Part shown: positions 40,406 through 52,756 of the stretch, one piece after another
How positions within the stretch are numbered: the first letter of the stretch is position 1
Layout: every line of letters starts with the position of its first letter
Position numbers and translations under genes: made by a program
Notes under the pieces: model-generated
The model's input: only the letters and a program-made list of their open reading frames with translations
What the model was told of the DNA's origin: nothing
Databases searched by the model: none
Assembly (NCBI GenBank): GCA_041178425.1
Contig: JBEGVH010000030.1
Location: forward strand, 224,001-288,000
DNA length: 64,000 nucleotides
Direction: 5' to 3'
DNA from: Pseudomonadota bacterium
GTDB taxonomy: Bacteria; Bdellovibrionota; Bdellovibrionia; Bdellovibrionales; Bdellovibrionaceae

Positions 40406-40963
40406 CTAGATCGTCATGATGCTTTTTTCTTTTTCGTCAGAAACAGCATCTACTTTTTTAATGTAGTCGTCGGTCAGTTTTTGAACCTCAGCTTCTGATT
40501 TTTTATTCTCGTCTTCACTGATCGCTTTATCTTTTAAAGCCTTTTTAGTGATTTCGTTAGCATCTCGGCGAGCCATACGGATAGCTACCTTTGCTTCTTC
40601 AACGATTTTCTTTGTTTGCTTAACGAGGTCTTTACGACGTTCTTCAGTCAAATCTGGAACTTTTAAACGAATAACTTTTCCGTCATTCATTGGTGTCATT
40701 CCAATATCGCTCTTGATGATCGAAGATTCGATCTCTTTCAATATAGAAGCTTCCCAAGGAGCAATCAAAAAGGATTTCGCATCGGGAGTTGAAATCGCTG
40801 CAACCTGAGAGAGCGGAGTCAAAGTTCCGTAGTAGTTTACGCGCACAGAATCCAACATCGAGACTTGAGCACGACCAGTACGAATCTTTTTGAGTTCGTT
40901 ATTAAGAGCAACAAGGCTCTTTTCCATTTTATCTTGAGTTTCTTTTTTTAAGTTCGCCAGCAT
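40406..40963 (-). CDS. frr: Ribosome recycling factor
   Basis: IRTGRA, YYG and PDLTEERRKDLVK motifs. Confidence 0.97.
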   Translation of the reverse strand: MLANLKKETQDKMEKSLVALNNELKKIRTGRAQVSMLDSVRVNYYGTLTPLSQVAAISTPDAKSFLIAPWEASILKEIESSIIKSDIGMTPMNDGKVIRLKVPDLTEERRKDLVKQTKKIVEEAKVAIRMARRDANEITKKALKDKAISEDENKKSEAEVQKLTDDYIKKVDAVSDEKEKSIMTI

Positions 40964-40974
40964 GGCCCCTCCTA

Positions 40975-42638
<1,664 letters not shown>

Positions 42639-42683
42639 GATTATCTCCTAGAAAGACCCATTATAGTAGGACACTCAGCATCC

Positions 42684-42705
42684 TCTGGCGGCCCGACTAG
42701 GCCGC
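42684..42705. other. GC-rich hairpin between rpsB and tsf
   Basis: TGGCGGCC-CGACTA-GGCCGCCA with no U-tract; possible attenuation, processing or stability element. Confidence 0.5.
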
Positions 42706-42769
42706 CACAACGGGATTTGAATAATTTAAGGGTTTAAATGAAATATAAAATCTGTCGCCAAAGACCGAC

Positions 42770-43699
42770 TTATTCAGCTGAATCAGTCGTAGTCTCTTGG
42801 TTTTCCAATTCGGCTTCGATCTCAATTTTTTCAGCAAGACCGGCAGCAACAAGCTTTCTTTGTTTTTGAACTTTAACAACTTGTGGACCTGCCGCTGGTG
42901 CTTTTTCTTCTTTTTCTTTTCTGCCTGGACGAGCGCGACGCTTTTCAACTGGAGCTTCTTTGTCTTCAGCTTTAACGTCAGAGGCTTTATCAGTTTGAGT
43001 GCGAAGTTTTGATTCGTACTCTTTAGCACCTTCGAGGTAGGCTTCGGCAACAAGGTTAGAGAACAATTTGATTGAACGAATAGCATCGTCATTACCTGGA
43101 ATTGGGTAATCAATCACTTCTGGGTTTGAGTTAGTATCGGCGATACCAATAACTGGGATGCCAAGACGTTTTGCTTCAGCAACAGCGATGTGTTCCTTCA
43201 CAAGATCAACGACAAAAAGAGCCTTTGGAGTTTCTTTAAGGTCGCGTATACCATTTAGGTATTCAGACAATTTTACGTATTCTTTTTCGATACCAAAACG
43301 TTCTTTTTTAGTGAAAAACTCAAGCTCGCCTTTTTCGCGCATTTGATCGATCTTTTTAAGACGGTCGATGCTTGATTTAATTGTTTCAAAGTTTGTAAGG
43401 GTTCCACCCAACCAACGCTTAGTTACATAGTATTGGCCAGATTTTTGGGCCGCTTCTTGAACAGGCTCAATAGCTTGTTTTTTCGTTCCTACAAAAATCA
43501 TTTTTCCGCCATCAGCTGCGATCGTCTTTACGAACTCAGCCGCTTTATTAGCGCGAACAACTGACTTTTGAAGGTTGATAATGTGGATACCGCCGCGAGC
43601 CGTGTAAACATAAGGCTTCATCTTTGGGTTCCAGCGTTGTGTTTGGTGTCCAAAGTGTACACCAGCATCCAACATTTCTTTCATCGTAACTTGTGCCAT
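42770..43699 (-). CDS. rpsB: 30S ribosomal protein S2 with charged C-terminal extension
   Basis: [25 protein letters not shown] and [10 protein letters not shown] motifs. Confidence 0.98.
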   Translation of the reverse strand: MAQVTMKEMLDAGVHFGHQTQRWNPKMKPYVYTARGGIHIINLQKSVVRANKAAEFVKTIAADGGKMIFVGTKKQAIEPVQEAAQKSGQYYVTKRWLGGTLTNFETIKSSIDRLKKIDQMREKGELEFFTKKERFGIEKEYVKLSEYLNGIRDLKETPKALFVVDLVKEHIAVAEAKRLGIPVIGIADTNSNPEVIDYPIPGNDDAIRSIKLFSNLVAEAYLEGAKEYESKLRTQTDKASDVKAEDKEAPVEKRRARPGRKEKEEKAPAAGPQVVKVQKQRKLVAAGLAEKIEIEAELENQETTTDSAE

Positions 43700-44056
43700 G
43701 GTTTTCTCCTTCTGGTTAAACCGCCTTCTCTGCAGGGACCGCTCTCACGGTAGAGCCCTCTTATGAGGGACCAGAATGTGCAAAAAAGTGTGTTATTGTT
43801 GAACGAGCTTGATATCACGCCCCATAGCACAAAAGCAACACTTGAATTTTATTGGATTCTGCGGAGATCGCGAAATAATAGCATAAATGGAACTGAAGCC
43901 GCATCTATCTGTAATTACTTGTCTAAATAGATTACCACTAGAGAGGTAGCCAAGTCGGCCCTCTAACCTCGAGATTCTTCCCTCGTGAACATCCATACAC
44001 TCCAGAGAAAACTGTTTCTAAATGGCACATTGATGGAATCTCCCTCTTCAAACCTC

Positions 44057-44084
44057 TAAAGCCTTTGGAGAATAAAACCGATGA
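44057..44084 (+). promoter_or_regulatory. Possible sigma28 promoter
   Basis: TAAA-N16-ACCGATGA just upstream of the fibre gene; spacing is 1 nt longer than consensus. Confidence 0.4.
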
Positions 44085-44098
44085 GATTATAGGTATTT

Positions 44099-46807
44099 AT
44101 GAGGATAATTGGAATCGCAATACTAGCTCTAATCTGCCTCCTTAACTCCGGCTTCGCCGCGGACTATGGCATTACTTACCAGGGACGAATTCTCAATAAC
44201 CGGAATGAACCCCTGATTGCAGCGAATGTGAATTTTACCCTCCGAATAACCGACAGAGATCCGAATTGCATTCTTTACTCAGAAGCATTCGCCGTGAACA
44301 TGAGCGATGGAACCGGAGGCTTTTCCATCATCGTGGGCAAGGGCACCCCAACAACGCCTCTAGGCTTACCCTTTTCACAGGTTTTTAATCCTCGCTTTAC
44401 TTATACAACGGGTACAGGCTGCTCGAATAAAACTATCAAGCAACCCTCCGAAGGACTTTATCTTCAAGTCTATTTCGATGATGGCTCTGGCCCGCAGACG
44501 CTGCAACCTATTGAAATATCAGCAACCCCATATGCCATGGATACAATAAATGTCGGTGGAGTCTCGAGCGAGAAGGTCATTTTCGATGGCGGTAACTCGT
44601 CCCAAAGCTCAATTTCGATGGGCACAAAAGAGAATTTTGAACTGAACCTATTGGCCAATAATCAGACGATCATGAGCCTTTTTCCTAATGGCCGAGTGGG
44701 ACTAGGGACCGTTAGCCCGCAGAGCCAACTCGATATTAACGGCTCCTTGAGGGTCGGAACCGATGACTCAACTTGCACTCAGCTCAATGGCGGAGCGATT
44801 CGACTCAACTCAAATGTTTTGGAGTATTGCAACAGTACAAGCTGGACAGCACTCTCTGCGGCAGGATCAGGCCTCTTGAGCTTAAATGGCCTCACATCGA
44901 ACATTCAAGAAATAAAAATTGGTAGTTCCGGTACAAGTCCCAGTTTAGCATCATCGGCATCAACTCATACTTTAAATCTACCCTTGGCCTCGACATCGAA
45001 CGTAACAGCAGGCCTCATCAGCAAGGCTGACTACGATAACTTTTCTTCAAAGCTTTCAGGATCGACCAATCTCGGTGGAGACGTTAGAGGGGCCATTGGC
45101 TTAACAATAGTTGAAAAAATTCAAGGTCGCACTGTTTCCTCCGCAACTCCTAACGAAGGTCAAACACTGATCTGGGATCAGGCGAACACTTCTTGGCAAC
45201 CACAGTTCTTGAGAGCTCAAGATCTTCGAACCGCTTGGGGAGGAACTCAACTCATTCCTTTAGCGCCGTGCTCAGCCGGAGAAGCCATGGTTTGGAATGC
45301 ACTAAGCGACCGATTCATCTGTCAAACTATATCGATTGATGCCTCTAAAATAACCAGCGGCACTATTAACTCTGCTCGCTTGCCGGCTAAACAATTTTCG
45401 ATTATCACGACCAACTCTTACAATCTCAGCTCCAGCGACAACACTATTCTTGTTAACTCTTCGGGCACATCAAATATCAACTTGCCAGTGGCATCGACTG
45501 TGGCTGGTCGTGAATACTGCATCAAAAATAAAACCTCTCATCCTGTCACGATCTATGCAGCGAATGGTGAGTCGATAGATGGCTCACCATCCACTAGTTT
45601 GCTTTCCCAATATCAATTTGTAATTCTTCTGTCCGACGGCCTCGGTTGGAATATCGTAGGATCCAATTCTGGAGCTGCGAGTGTTCGAGTCACTTTCACC
45701 GATGTCACAGGCGCAAATTTAAACTCATTAGTAACTTCTTCCTCCATTACATCTAATGGTGTCGGAACCGTGCCAATAAGTATTGCCGGAACGGGCAACC
45801 CTGAATTCTCAGTCAATGGGGGCAACTGGAGTACATCTTCAAATATTACGGCAGGAAATACGATTCAACTCAGGCTAACAAGCTCAACAACTCCTCTCAC
45901 GTCGACTTCGGCCACCATATGGATTGGTGCTAGTGCCATCACATGGACCGTCACGACCTCCAATCAAATCAATATAATCGAAAGTGGATCTATCAGAAAT
46001 TGGTCCGATGGCTCCTACGCAGCTAATTGCAACAGCTATAAAAACCCCTCAGGAATCTATACCTATGTGGGCTCAACAGGCGATGGCACTTATCGCATCA
46101 CCACTAACGGAGAAACATTCGATGTTTATTGCGACATGACCACCGATGGCGGAGGCTGGACTCACGTTGGAACCATTTCGGATAAGAACGAGAGCCCCAA
46201 TTCAGCCCAACACATTTGGGGAACACCACTAAATGCAGCTCAAGACTCAGGACTGTGGCAAAGTAGCTCTACCGTTGGAACACTCTCTCTGACCGATGAC
46301 TTCAAAAGCAAAGCGTGGTCGAAAGTGCCCTTCACACAACTTAACATTAAAGACTCCGGCACAACTAAGAGAAATCTCCTCATTACAAACCCTGGCGCTA
46401 TTTCTTCGAATAACTCTTCTCTCGCCAGTTGGTTTGGAAGCCTCCAATGGGCGGCATCTGGAAGTGACTATTCTGACTCTGCCGTTGCTTCGGGCAGAGT
46501 TAAGTCCGTTGGGATTTCAACTTTCGGAATTGCTGACCCAGTGCTAGAGGCAAGCGCCAAAACAGTATTACTTTTTAAATTTGGAGAAGCAGATGGAACT
46601 CAAGATACTAATAAAGACCGATGTATGATTAATTGGCAGCGGGCCAACCAACACGATAATGTCGATTTACCTACGGGATTAGGTTGCTTAAATGGAAACG
46701 CAGGAACCCTTCTCTACAGGGATATAGTTCCATATTCAAATGCGAACGATACAATCCCCAGTTCAATTTCGAGCACCCCGCTCAATTACAGTCTTTGGGT
46801 TCGATAA
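44099..46807 (+). CDS. Secreted phage-tail-fibre-like adhesin with C-terminal fibrinogen-like domain
   Basis: Signal peptide; GITYQGRIL...TPYA N-domain; GRVGLGTVSPQSQLDING and GQTLIWD fibre motifs; YCDMTTDGGGWT. Confidence 0.8.
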   Translation: MRIIGIAILALICLLNSGFAADYGITYQGRILNNRNEPLIAANVNFTLRITDRDPNCILYSEAFAVNMSDGTGGFSIIVGKGTPTTPLGLPFSQVFNPRFTYTTGTGCSNKTIKQPSEGLYLQVYFDDGSGPQTLQPIEISATPYAMDTINVGGVSSEKVIFDGGNSSQSSISMGTKENFELNLLANNQTIMSLFPNGRVGLGTVSPQSQLDINGSLRVGTDDSTCTQLNGGAIRLNSNVLEYCNSTSWTALSAAGSGLLSLNGLTSNIQEIKIGSSGTSPSLASSASTHTLNLPLASTSNVTAGLISKADYDNFSSKLSGSTNLGGDVRGAIGLTIVEKIQGRTVSSATPNEGQTLIWDQANTSWQPQFLRAQDLRTAWGGTQLIPLAPCSAGEAMVWNALSDRFICQTISIDASKITSGTINSARLPAKQFSIITTNSYNLSSSDNTILVNSSGTSNINLPVASTVAGREYCIKNKTSHPVTIYAANGESIDGSPSTSLLSQYQFVILLSDGLGWNIVGSNSGAASVRVTFTDVTGANLNSLVTSSSITSNGVGTVPISIAGTGNPEFSVNGGNWSTSSNITAGNTIQLRLTSSTTPLTSTSATIWIGASAITWTVTTSNQINIIESGSIRNWSDGSYAANCNSYKNPSGIYTYVGSTGDGTYRITTNGETFDVYCDMTTDGGGWTHVGTISDKNESPNSAQHIWGTPLNAAQDSGLWQSSSTVGTLSLTDDFKSKAWSKVPFTQLNIKDSGTTKRNLLITNPGAISSNNSSLASWFGSLQWAASGSDYSDSAVASGRVKSVGISTFGIADPVLEASAKTVLLFKFGEADGTQDTNKDRCMINWQRANQHDNVDLPTGLGCLNGNAGTLLYRDIVPYSNANDTIPSSISSTPLNYSLWVR

Positions 46808-46820
46808 TAAGCATTAAACC

Positions 46821-47963
46821 CTAAACGCCCAACAACTCGGCCTCAGCCACCACAGAATCCTTCGCAAAATGATTGGCTACATTGATACCTTGATGAATAG
46901 CCCCAACGATATTTCTGCCGTTGGAAGAAGTTCCGTGAGCAAGCCAGAGGTTCTCGATTCCGGCAAAAGCCCCTTTTTTATCGAATTTCAAATCAAGTTC
47001 AGCCTCAGCGAATGGTGCGACCAAAATTCTTTCGGAATAAATCTTTTCCATCGCTTCGGGATAGGCTCGCTTAATTTGTCGTTTAATTTTTTTGAGAATC
47101 GAGCCAATTACTTCTGGATCTTCACTGGCCTCGTTTTCAACAAAGGTCATCCATTGAGAGTGCTGCAACAAATCTCCATTGAGTTTATCCGAAGGCGCTG
47201 CCGGATGAAAAAGCCCTACACAAGGACCGATTTCATCTTGAGTGGTTCCATTCAGGAGATGTAGTTCCGAGCGATTAGACACCTCACCATGAAAAAAGAG
47301 ATCCAAACCGAGCGCCGTCCAATAATCAGCCTTAGAAATTTTTTGCTTCGCCCGCGCCGAAAGAACATCGTCACTTAAAAGAGTAGCAAGTAACTTCGGA
47401 GAGGCCGCATGAATAAATTGGCGCCCATTGATTTGCTTTTGGCCGTTAACCATGACCGACTGAATTGTGTCTCCTTGACCCAAATATTTGGTAACGATCG
47501 AAGCCGGGTAAAATCTCTCACCCAATTGAGAGGCCAAATCAGCCACGATTAACCCTAAATTTCTAGAAGTCTCAAAGCGACGTGGTTCGAGAAAATAAGA
47601 AAGTTCTCGATGAAAATCGGGCGCATCTTTACCAAACCCAACAAACGGCTTTAGGTCGCCATTATGATAAGTGATAGGACCATTCTCTACCGAGCCCCAC
47701 TCAATGGGATGAGTCAATAATGGATTGAGCTTTTCTAGGGCAGCGATGGTATCTTGGTTGTCCGGAAAAAACTTAATTCCATTATCTACGAGTCCGACAG
47801 GTGAGTAAACAGAGCGCGAATGTCCACCGGCAAACTCAGTGCTCTCGAGCACACAAACATCAATTCCCTTTTTTATCAAAGAGACCGCCGCCACCAAGCC
47901 TGGCAAACCCGCGCCAACAACCACAACATCGTAGATATGATCTTTTTTTCTAATATGATTCAT
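46821..47963 (-). CDS. FAD-dependent oxidoreductase (phytoene dehydrogenase-like fold)
   Basis: DVVVVGAGLPGL...LE...GG dinucleotide-binding motif. Confidence 0.8.
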   Translation of the reverse strand: MNHIRKKDHIYDVVVVGAGLPGLVAAVSLIKKGIDVCVLESTEFAGGHSRSVYSPVGLVDNGIKFFPDNQDTIAALEKLNPLLTHPIEWGSVENGPITYHNGDLKPFVGFGKDAPDFHRELSYFLEPRRFETSRNLGLIVADLASQLGERFYPASIVTKYLGQGDTIQSVMVNGQKQINGRQFIHAASPKLLATLLSDDVLSARAKQKISKADYWTALGLDLFFHGEVSNRSELHLLNGTTQDEIGPCVGLFHPAAPSDKLNGDLLQHSQWMTFVENEASEDPEVIGSILKKIKRQIKRAYPEAMEKIYSERILVAPFAEAELDLKFDKKGAFAGIENLWLAHGTSSNGRNIVGAIHQGINVANHFAKDSVVAEAELLGV

Positions 47964-48238
47964 AAGCCCTAAAATCTAAAACAACCGCCCAGTTTGCAAG
48001 GACTTTGCGCGAGACTCGTCGCCCCAGCTCATTATTGTTACCCAGTGTCAATCGGCCCTTCAACCCAGGAAGCCTGGTTCAGAGAATAAGTCCGAGAGAG
48101 GCCCTCATACGTAATTTTCTGAATAGAATAAAAAAGATTTATGCTATTGCCTAGAATTGAACGTGTCGGTTTTCACTTTACGAGATTATCGCCATCGACC
48201 AAAATGGAAGGGCGCTTATCGCTAAAATTGGAGATCAA

Positions 48239-49273
48239 ATGAATTCAGTTTTGTTTCGAGTTCTGATAATAATTTTTTTTGCTTCATCAACAAGCTGGGG
48301 AAAAACCTCTATGAACCAATCAAATGGCAATAAATTCAATAAACCCGCTCTTGACGTGCTCAAAAAACGCCTCACTCCAGAGCAATACTCCTGCACACAA
48401 GAAGAGGGAACTGAACGCCCCTTTCACAACAAATACTGGGATAACAAAGCCGATGGTATTTATGTTGATGTCGTCAGCGGAGAACCTCTCTTTAGCTCTA
48501 TCGACAAGTATGATTCTGGATCAGGATGGCCTAGTTTTACAAAACCTCTCGACCTCAACCAACTCCACCTAAAAAAAGACATGAAACTTGGTATTGAAAG
48601 AACAGAGGTTCGCTCTTCGGGTGCCGATTCGCATCTCGGCCACGTCTTTGATGATGGCCCAAGCGATGCTGGCGGAAAACGCTACTGTATCAATTCCGCC
48701 TCTCTCGATTTTATTCCGGTCGAAAAACTAAAGGAAAAAAACCTAGGGCACCTGCTCTTTCTCTTTGCCAGCAAAAAAGGTTGGGAAACAGCGACGCTCG
48801 CTGGAGGGTGCTTTTGGGGCGTCGAAGAACTACTACGATCACAGCCAGGTGTGATCGAAACCATGGTTGGCTATACCGGGGGCAAGTCAGAGCAACCTAC
48901 CTATAATCTCGTTAAAACAGGTGCGTCTGGTCACGCCGAAGCCGTAAGAATTCTCTTTGATCCAAAAAAGTTCAGTTATGAAAACTTGCTGATTTTATTT
49001 TTTAAACTTCACGACCCTACCACTCAAAACCGACAAGGTAACGATATTGGAACCCAATATCGATCTGCTATTTTCTTCGAAACAGAAGACCAACACATCG
49101 TTGCCGAAAAAGTTCGAGCGCGCGTCGACAAATCGGGAGCTTGGAAAAAGCCCGTCGTCACCGAAGTGACGAAAGCCTCCCCATTCTGGCGGGCCGAGGA
49201 ATACCACCAAAAATATCTCCAGAAAGATCCCGGTGGATACACCTGCCACTTTGTGCGTGATCTGAAATTTTAG
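48239..49273 (+). CDS. msrAB: Bifunctional methionine sulfoxide reductase (MsrB-MsrA), probably exported
   Basis: MsrB motifs GWPSF, HLGHVF and RYCINS; MsrA motifs GCFWG, QYRS and AEEYHQKY; N-terminal signal-like peptide. Confidence 0.95.
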   Translation: MNSVLFRVLIIIFFASSTSWGKTSMNQSNGNKFNKPALDVLKKRLTPEQYSCTQEEGTERPFHNKYWDNKADGIYVDVVSGEPLFSSIDKYDSGSGWPSFTKPLDLNQLHLKKDMKLGIERTEVRSSGADSHLGHVFDDGPSDAGGKRYCINSASLDFIPVEKLKEKNLGHLLFLFASKKGWETATLAGGCFWGVEELLRSQPGVIETMVGYTGGKSEQPTYNLVKTGASGHAEAVRILFDPKKFSYENLLILFFKLHDPTTQNRQGNDIGTQYRSAIFFETEDQHIVAEKVRARVDKSGAWKKPVVTEVTKASPFWRAEEYHQKYLQKDPGGYTCHFVRDLKF

Positions 49274-49785
49274 TGGTGCCCACCGTGCGAGGCTTCCTCT
49301 TTGGGGGCCGCTTCTTTCTTGGCCGTTTCAGAGGGCGGTAGCTGAGGAAGTTTCATTTTCTTTAACATGAGTTCTCGAGCGAGTTTTTTAAAAAAGGCCG
49401 GAACTCGCGCCTTCTTTTTATGAGCCTCTGCCTCTTTCACTAATTTAAGAACAATGCCGGTAGTTGGCACCCATTCAACCAATCGCTGGGCGATCCCGTC
49501 GGCGCGCTCCTGATATTTCTCATTAGCTTCGTAGAGTCTAACTAAATCCCAGTAGACCATGATCAAAACAGACAGCTCTGTTTCAAGGGCCGGTGTCTTG
49601 AAGGACTGGGAGGTGAGACTTTCAATGGACACATTAAAAACCGTCTCAAAGATTTTAAGGTATTTTTCGTAGACAACAATCGCTTCAGCAAAATGCTTTT
49701 CACGAACCAACTGCCGAGCTTTCTTTACCAGCAAGATTCTTCCTTGCCAAAGTTCGAGTTTTTCTTTTGCTTCATGGTCGCTCAT
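49270..49785 (-). CDS. Helical (TPR-like) hypothetical protein
   Basis: [10 protein letters not shown]...WDLVRLYE helical pattern; lies downstream of priA on the same strand. Confidence 0.65.
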   Translation of the reverse strand: MSDHEAKEKLELWQGRILLVKKARQLVREKHFAEAIVVYEKYLKIFETVFNVSIESLTSQSFKTPALETELSVLIMVYWDLVRLYEANEKYQERADGIAQRLVEWVPTTGIVLKLVKEAEAHKKKARVPAFFKKLARELMLKKMKLPQLPPSETAKKEAAPKEEASHGGHH

Positions 49786-49814
49786 AGCTCACAGTTTACC
49801 AACTGCTGAATAGG

Positions 49815-51875
49815 TTACAACATATTCATCGGATCTACATCAACCTGGACCTTCACCTGAGATTGTATCCATTTTCGATCGCCAATCACCTGTCTGACAA
49901 ACGTATTGATTACATTGGCTTTGGGACCTTTGATCAAAAGTTGATAGCGATGTTGATTTCTCAAACGAGCCAATGGGTACTCCGTCGGACCAAGAATCCA
50001 AAGATCGCGATAGGCGGGATACTTTTTCTGAAGCTCACGACCTCGATGGGCCATTTGGTCAGAAACCTGTAGCACCTTATCGAGATTCGCTCCAATAATT
50101 CGAACCACCGCCAATTTACCAAAGGGTGGATAAAGAAGTTCTTCTCGATTTTTGAGTTCTTCTTCAGCAAACTTTTCATAATCGGCCATTTGCGCACAAA
50201 CAATTGCGGAGTGATTGGGGGTATAGGTTTGAATAATCACTTTACCCGGAAGCTCTCCCGGCTGCACGTGTCGTCCCGATCTTCCGCTCACCTGCGTAAT
50301 AATCTGAAATCCACGCTCGGCCGCGCGAAAGTCGGGCATATGAAGACCAACATCTGCGTTAACGATTCCTACCAGATTGAGATTAGGAAAATCGAGCCCC
50401 TTTGCGATCATCTGCGTGCCAATCAAAATGTCGATATCACCCGACTCCATTCGAGCCACCAACTCTTCGATATCTTCGCGCGATGTGATTTCATCGCGAT
50501 CAGCTCGCGCCAATCGTGCCTGCGGAAACAAAAGACTGAGATCGGCCTCGATCTGTTCAGTACCCAATCCTTGCGCTACATATTCGCTTTGGTTGCAGTT
50601 CGTACAAATGGGCGTGAGCATTTGTTGATAATCACAGTAATGACAAACCAAATGGTGTTTACCATGGAGAGTGAGGCTAATATCACAATTCGGGCATTCT
50701 AGAACGAAGGCACAACCGGGACACTGAACCACATTGGCAAAGCCTCGCCGATTGAGAAAAACGGCTACTTGTTTGCCATTATCTAACTGTCGCTGCATTT
50801 CTTCTAGTAGTTCTTCCGAAAGCCAATGTGGCAACTCAGAAGGTTTGTCTTTTCTGCGGAGTCGCTGCACTTTTAAATCCACGATTTGCACATCGGGCAT
50901 CGAGCGATCTTCGACTCGGCGGCGCAATCGATGCAAAAAGTACCTTCCATGAAGGGCGTTATTCCAGCTCTCAAGGGAGGGCGTTGCCGATCCCAACAAA
51001 ATGGGTATATTTTTTAACTGAGCAAGTTTTACTGCTGCATCTCTCGCATGATATTTTAAGTAGTCTTCTTGTTTAAAACTCGGTTCGTGCTCCTCATCAA
51101 CAATCACTACTCCTAATTTTGGGATCGGACAGAACATCGCCGAGCGCGCACCAATGAGAATTTGCTTTTCGCCATCGACCATTTGCCACCACTGATTGGT
51201 TTTTTCTCTGGGGGTTAGATGAGAATGAATAGTTGCAACTTTTTGACCGAAACGAGCCGTAAAGCGATTGAGAAGCTGAGGTGTTAATGAAATCTCTGGC
51301 ACAATCACGAGGCCCCGCTCACCACGAGCTAAACACTCCTCAAGAACTCTCATATACACTTCAGTTTTTCCCGAACCGGTAACTCCAAAAATAAGATGAG
51401 CACCGAACCCTTGGTGGCTGCTGACTTGCTTCACCACTTGCTGCTGTTCTTCGGTTAAAACCGGAGGTGCGGTGGCAGCAACCTCTTTTATTACCGCAGC
51501 TTTTCTTGTTTTGTTTTTAGGTGTCGCTTTATCAAGGGGGGGCAAGACCGTCGCCATAATTTCGCCGACCGGATAAACATAATAGTCGGCAAGCCACTCG
51601 AGCCACTTCATGTACTCTGCATCGACTATTGGATACTCAAAAGACAGCTTCGAAATACTCTTAACATCAAAAGAACCATCTGGTGCAGGGGTGGGACCAA
51701 GAATTATTCCCTGGGTTTGGCGATTACCCAAAGGGATGGTCACCCAACGCCCACGGACAAGATTTTGACGTTCATCCTCTGAGAGTGATTGATCAGAATA
51801 GGTTAATGGAGCCAATAATGGGGCATCAACGGCAACATGCCAAAAACCAGTTTTAGCTCCCTCGCTTGAACTCAC
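49815..51875 (-). CDS. priA: Primosomal replication-restart helicase PriA
   Basis: GVTGSGKTEVY, PEISLTPQ, DEEHE, GSATPS, four CxxC and GTQMIAKGLDF motifs. Confidence 0.97.
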   Translation of the reverse strand: MSSSEGAKTGFWHVAVDAPLLAPLTYSDQSLSEDERQNLVRGRWVTIPLGNRQTQGIILGPTPAPDGSFDVKSISKLSFEYPIVDAEYMKWLEWLADYYVYPVGEIMATVLPPLDKATPKNKTRKAAVIKEVAATAPPVLTEEQQQVVKQVSSHQGFGAHLIFGVTGSGKTEVYMRVLEECLARGERGLVIVPEISLTPQLLNRFTARFGQKVATIHSHLTPREKTNQWWQMVDGEKQILIGARSAMFCPIPKLGVVIVDEEHEPSFKQEDYLKYHARDAAVKLAQLKNIPILLGSATPSLESWNNALHGRYFLHRLRRRVEDRSMPDVQIVDLKVQRLRRKDKPSELPHWLSEELLEEMQRQLDNGKQVAVFLNRRGFANVVQCPGCAFVLECPNCDISLTLHGKHHLVCHYCDYQQMLTPICTNCNQSEYVAQGLGTEQIEADLSLLFPQARLARADRDEITSREDIEELVARMESGDIDILIGTQMIAKGLDFPNLNLVGIVNADVGLHMPDFRAAERGFQIITQVSGRSGRHVQPGELPGKVIIQTYTPNHSAIVCAQMADYEKFAEEELKNREELLYPPFGKLAVVRIIGANLDKVLQVSDQMAHRGRELQKKYPAYRDLWILGPTEYPLARLRNQHRYQLLIKGPKANVINTFVRQVIGDRKWIQSQVKVQVDVDPMNML

Positions 51876-51883
51876 TCTTTAAC

Positions 51884-52744
51884 CTACCTAAATTTTTGAT
51901 AAAATTCTTCAACAAGAAAACGACCGCGATGCCGATCGAACTCACCCGTTCTTGAATCGCCATGCTTTTGAAATAATTGTCGCTGCTGGGCCTCGGCCGC
52001 TCTCACAGAAGTTGCCTGAACCTGCGCCTGAGCATTCATGCCAGAGCTAAGCCAAGTGTAGGTTATTTCTTTAGGCCAACGCGCCCCACGAGAAAATGTG
52101 GTTGGGCGGTCTGCTTGCAATTCATCACCCAAGAGATTTCGAATCTTTAGTATGTTAAATTGATCCTGCTCAACCCAAAACCCCGGCGCTGGAATATCCA
52201 TCTTCGGGCGAGGACCAAAAATCCAAGCCACCTTTCCGCCAGTTCGACCTAGCCGAACAAAAGGCGCTGGCACATATTGAAATTTTCCCTGAGTATTAGG
52301 AATTTTTTTAAAGTTTGGTGCCTGGTAAACCTCCTCCGTCACGATGCCTTGTTGAACAAGAAACCGCATGAGGCTATCGGCAGAGTGAATAAAAAAAGCT
52401 CTGTCCATAAGTGGTTTTGCTTGGCGCGTGTTTTGTAAAATCCCCGAGAGGGTCGAAGTCTTTTGATTATCGGTGTATAAATTTTGAAATACAATTTGAT
52501 CCTTGAGATCTTTTTCTCCCCGCACAATTAGTCGAACGGTGTTGTCATCATCAAAGAGCCATTGCTCTTTAAGCGTCATGTTTTGTTCGCCAGACACCAA
52601 GGTGACTTCTTGCTCAACAAACAAAGGAAGTTTAATCGAGCTTTCTGTGACTCGATCAAGAATCATTCGAGCACTTGGAATATAGGCAAACGATTTTAAA
52701 CTAACAACTAAGACTGCAAAAACCATGTGGGCTAAATAACGCAT
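51884..52744 (-). CDS. Secreted hypothetical protein (possible LolA-like fold)
   Basis: GGAGG RBS and signal peptide ending SFA; the fold assignment is a guess. Confidence 0.65.
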   Translation of the reverse strand: MRYLAHMVFAVLVVSLKSFAYIPSARMILDRVTESSIKLPLFVEQEVTLVSGEQNMTLKEQWLFDDDNTVRLIVRGEKDLKDQIVFQNLYTDNQKTSTLSGILQNTRQAKPLMDRAFFIHSADSLMRFLVQQGIVTEEVYQAPNFKKIPNTQGKFQYVPAPFVRLGRTGGKVAWIFGPRPKMDIPAPGFWVEQDQFNILKIRNLLGDELQADRPTTFSRGARWPKEITYTWLSSGMNAQAQVQATSVRAAEAQQRQLFQKHGDSRTGEFDRHRGRFLVEEFYQKFR

Positions 52745-52756
52745 GGATGGACCTCC

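Noticed and set aside
42697..43346. Alternative-frame and antisense ORFs within rpsB, and similar shadows across the window
   Set aside because: Nested in well-supported genes and explained by codon bias.
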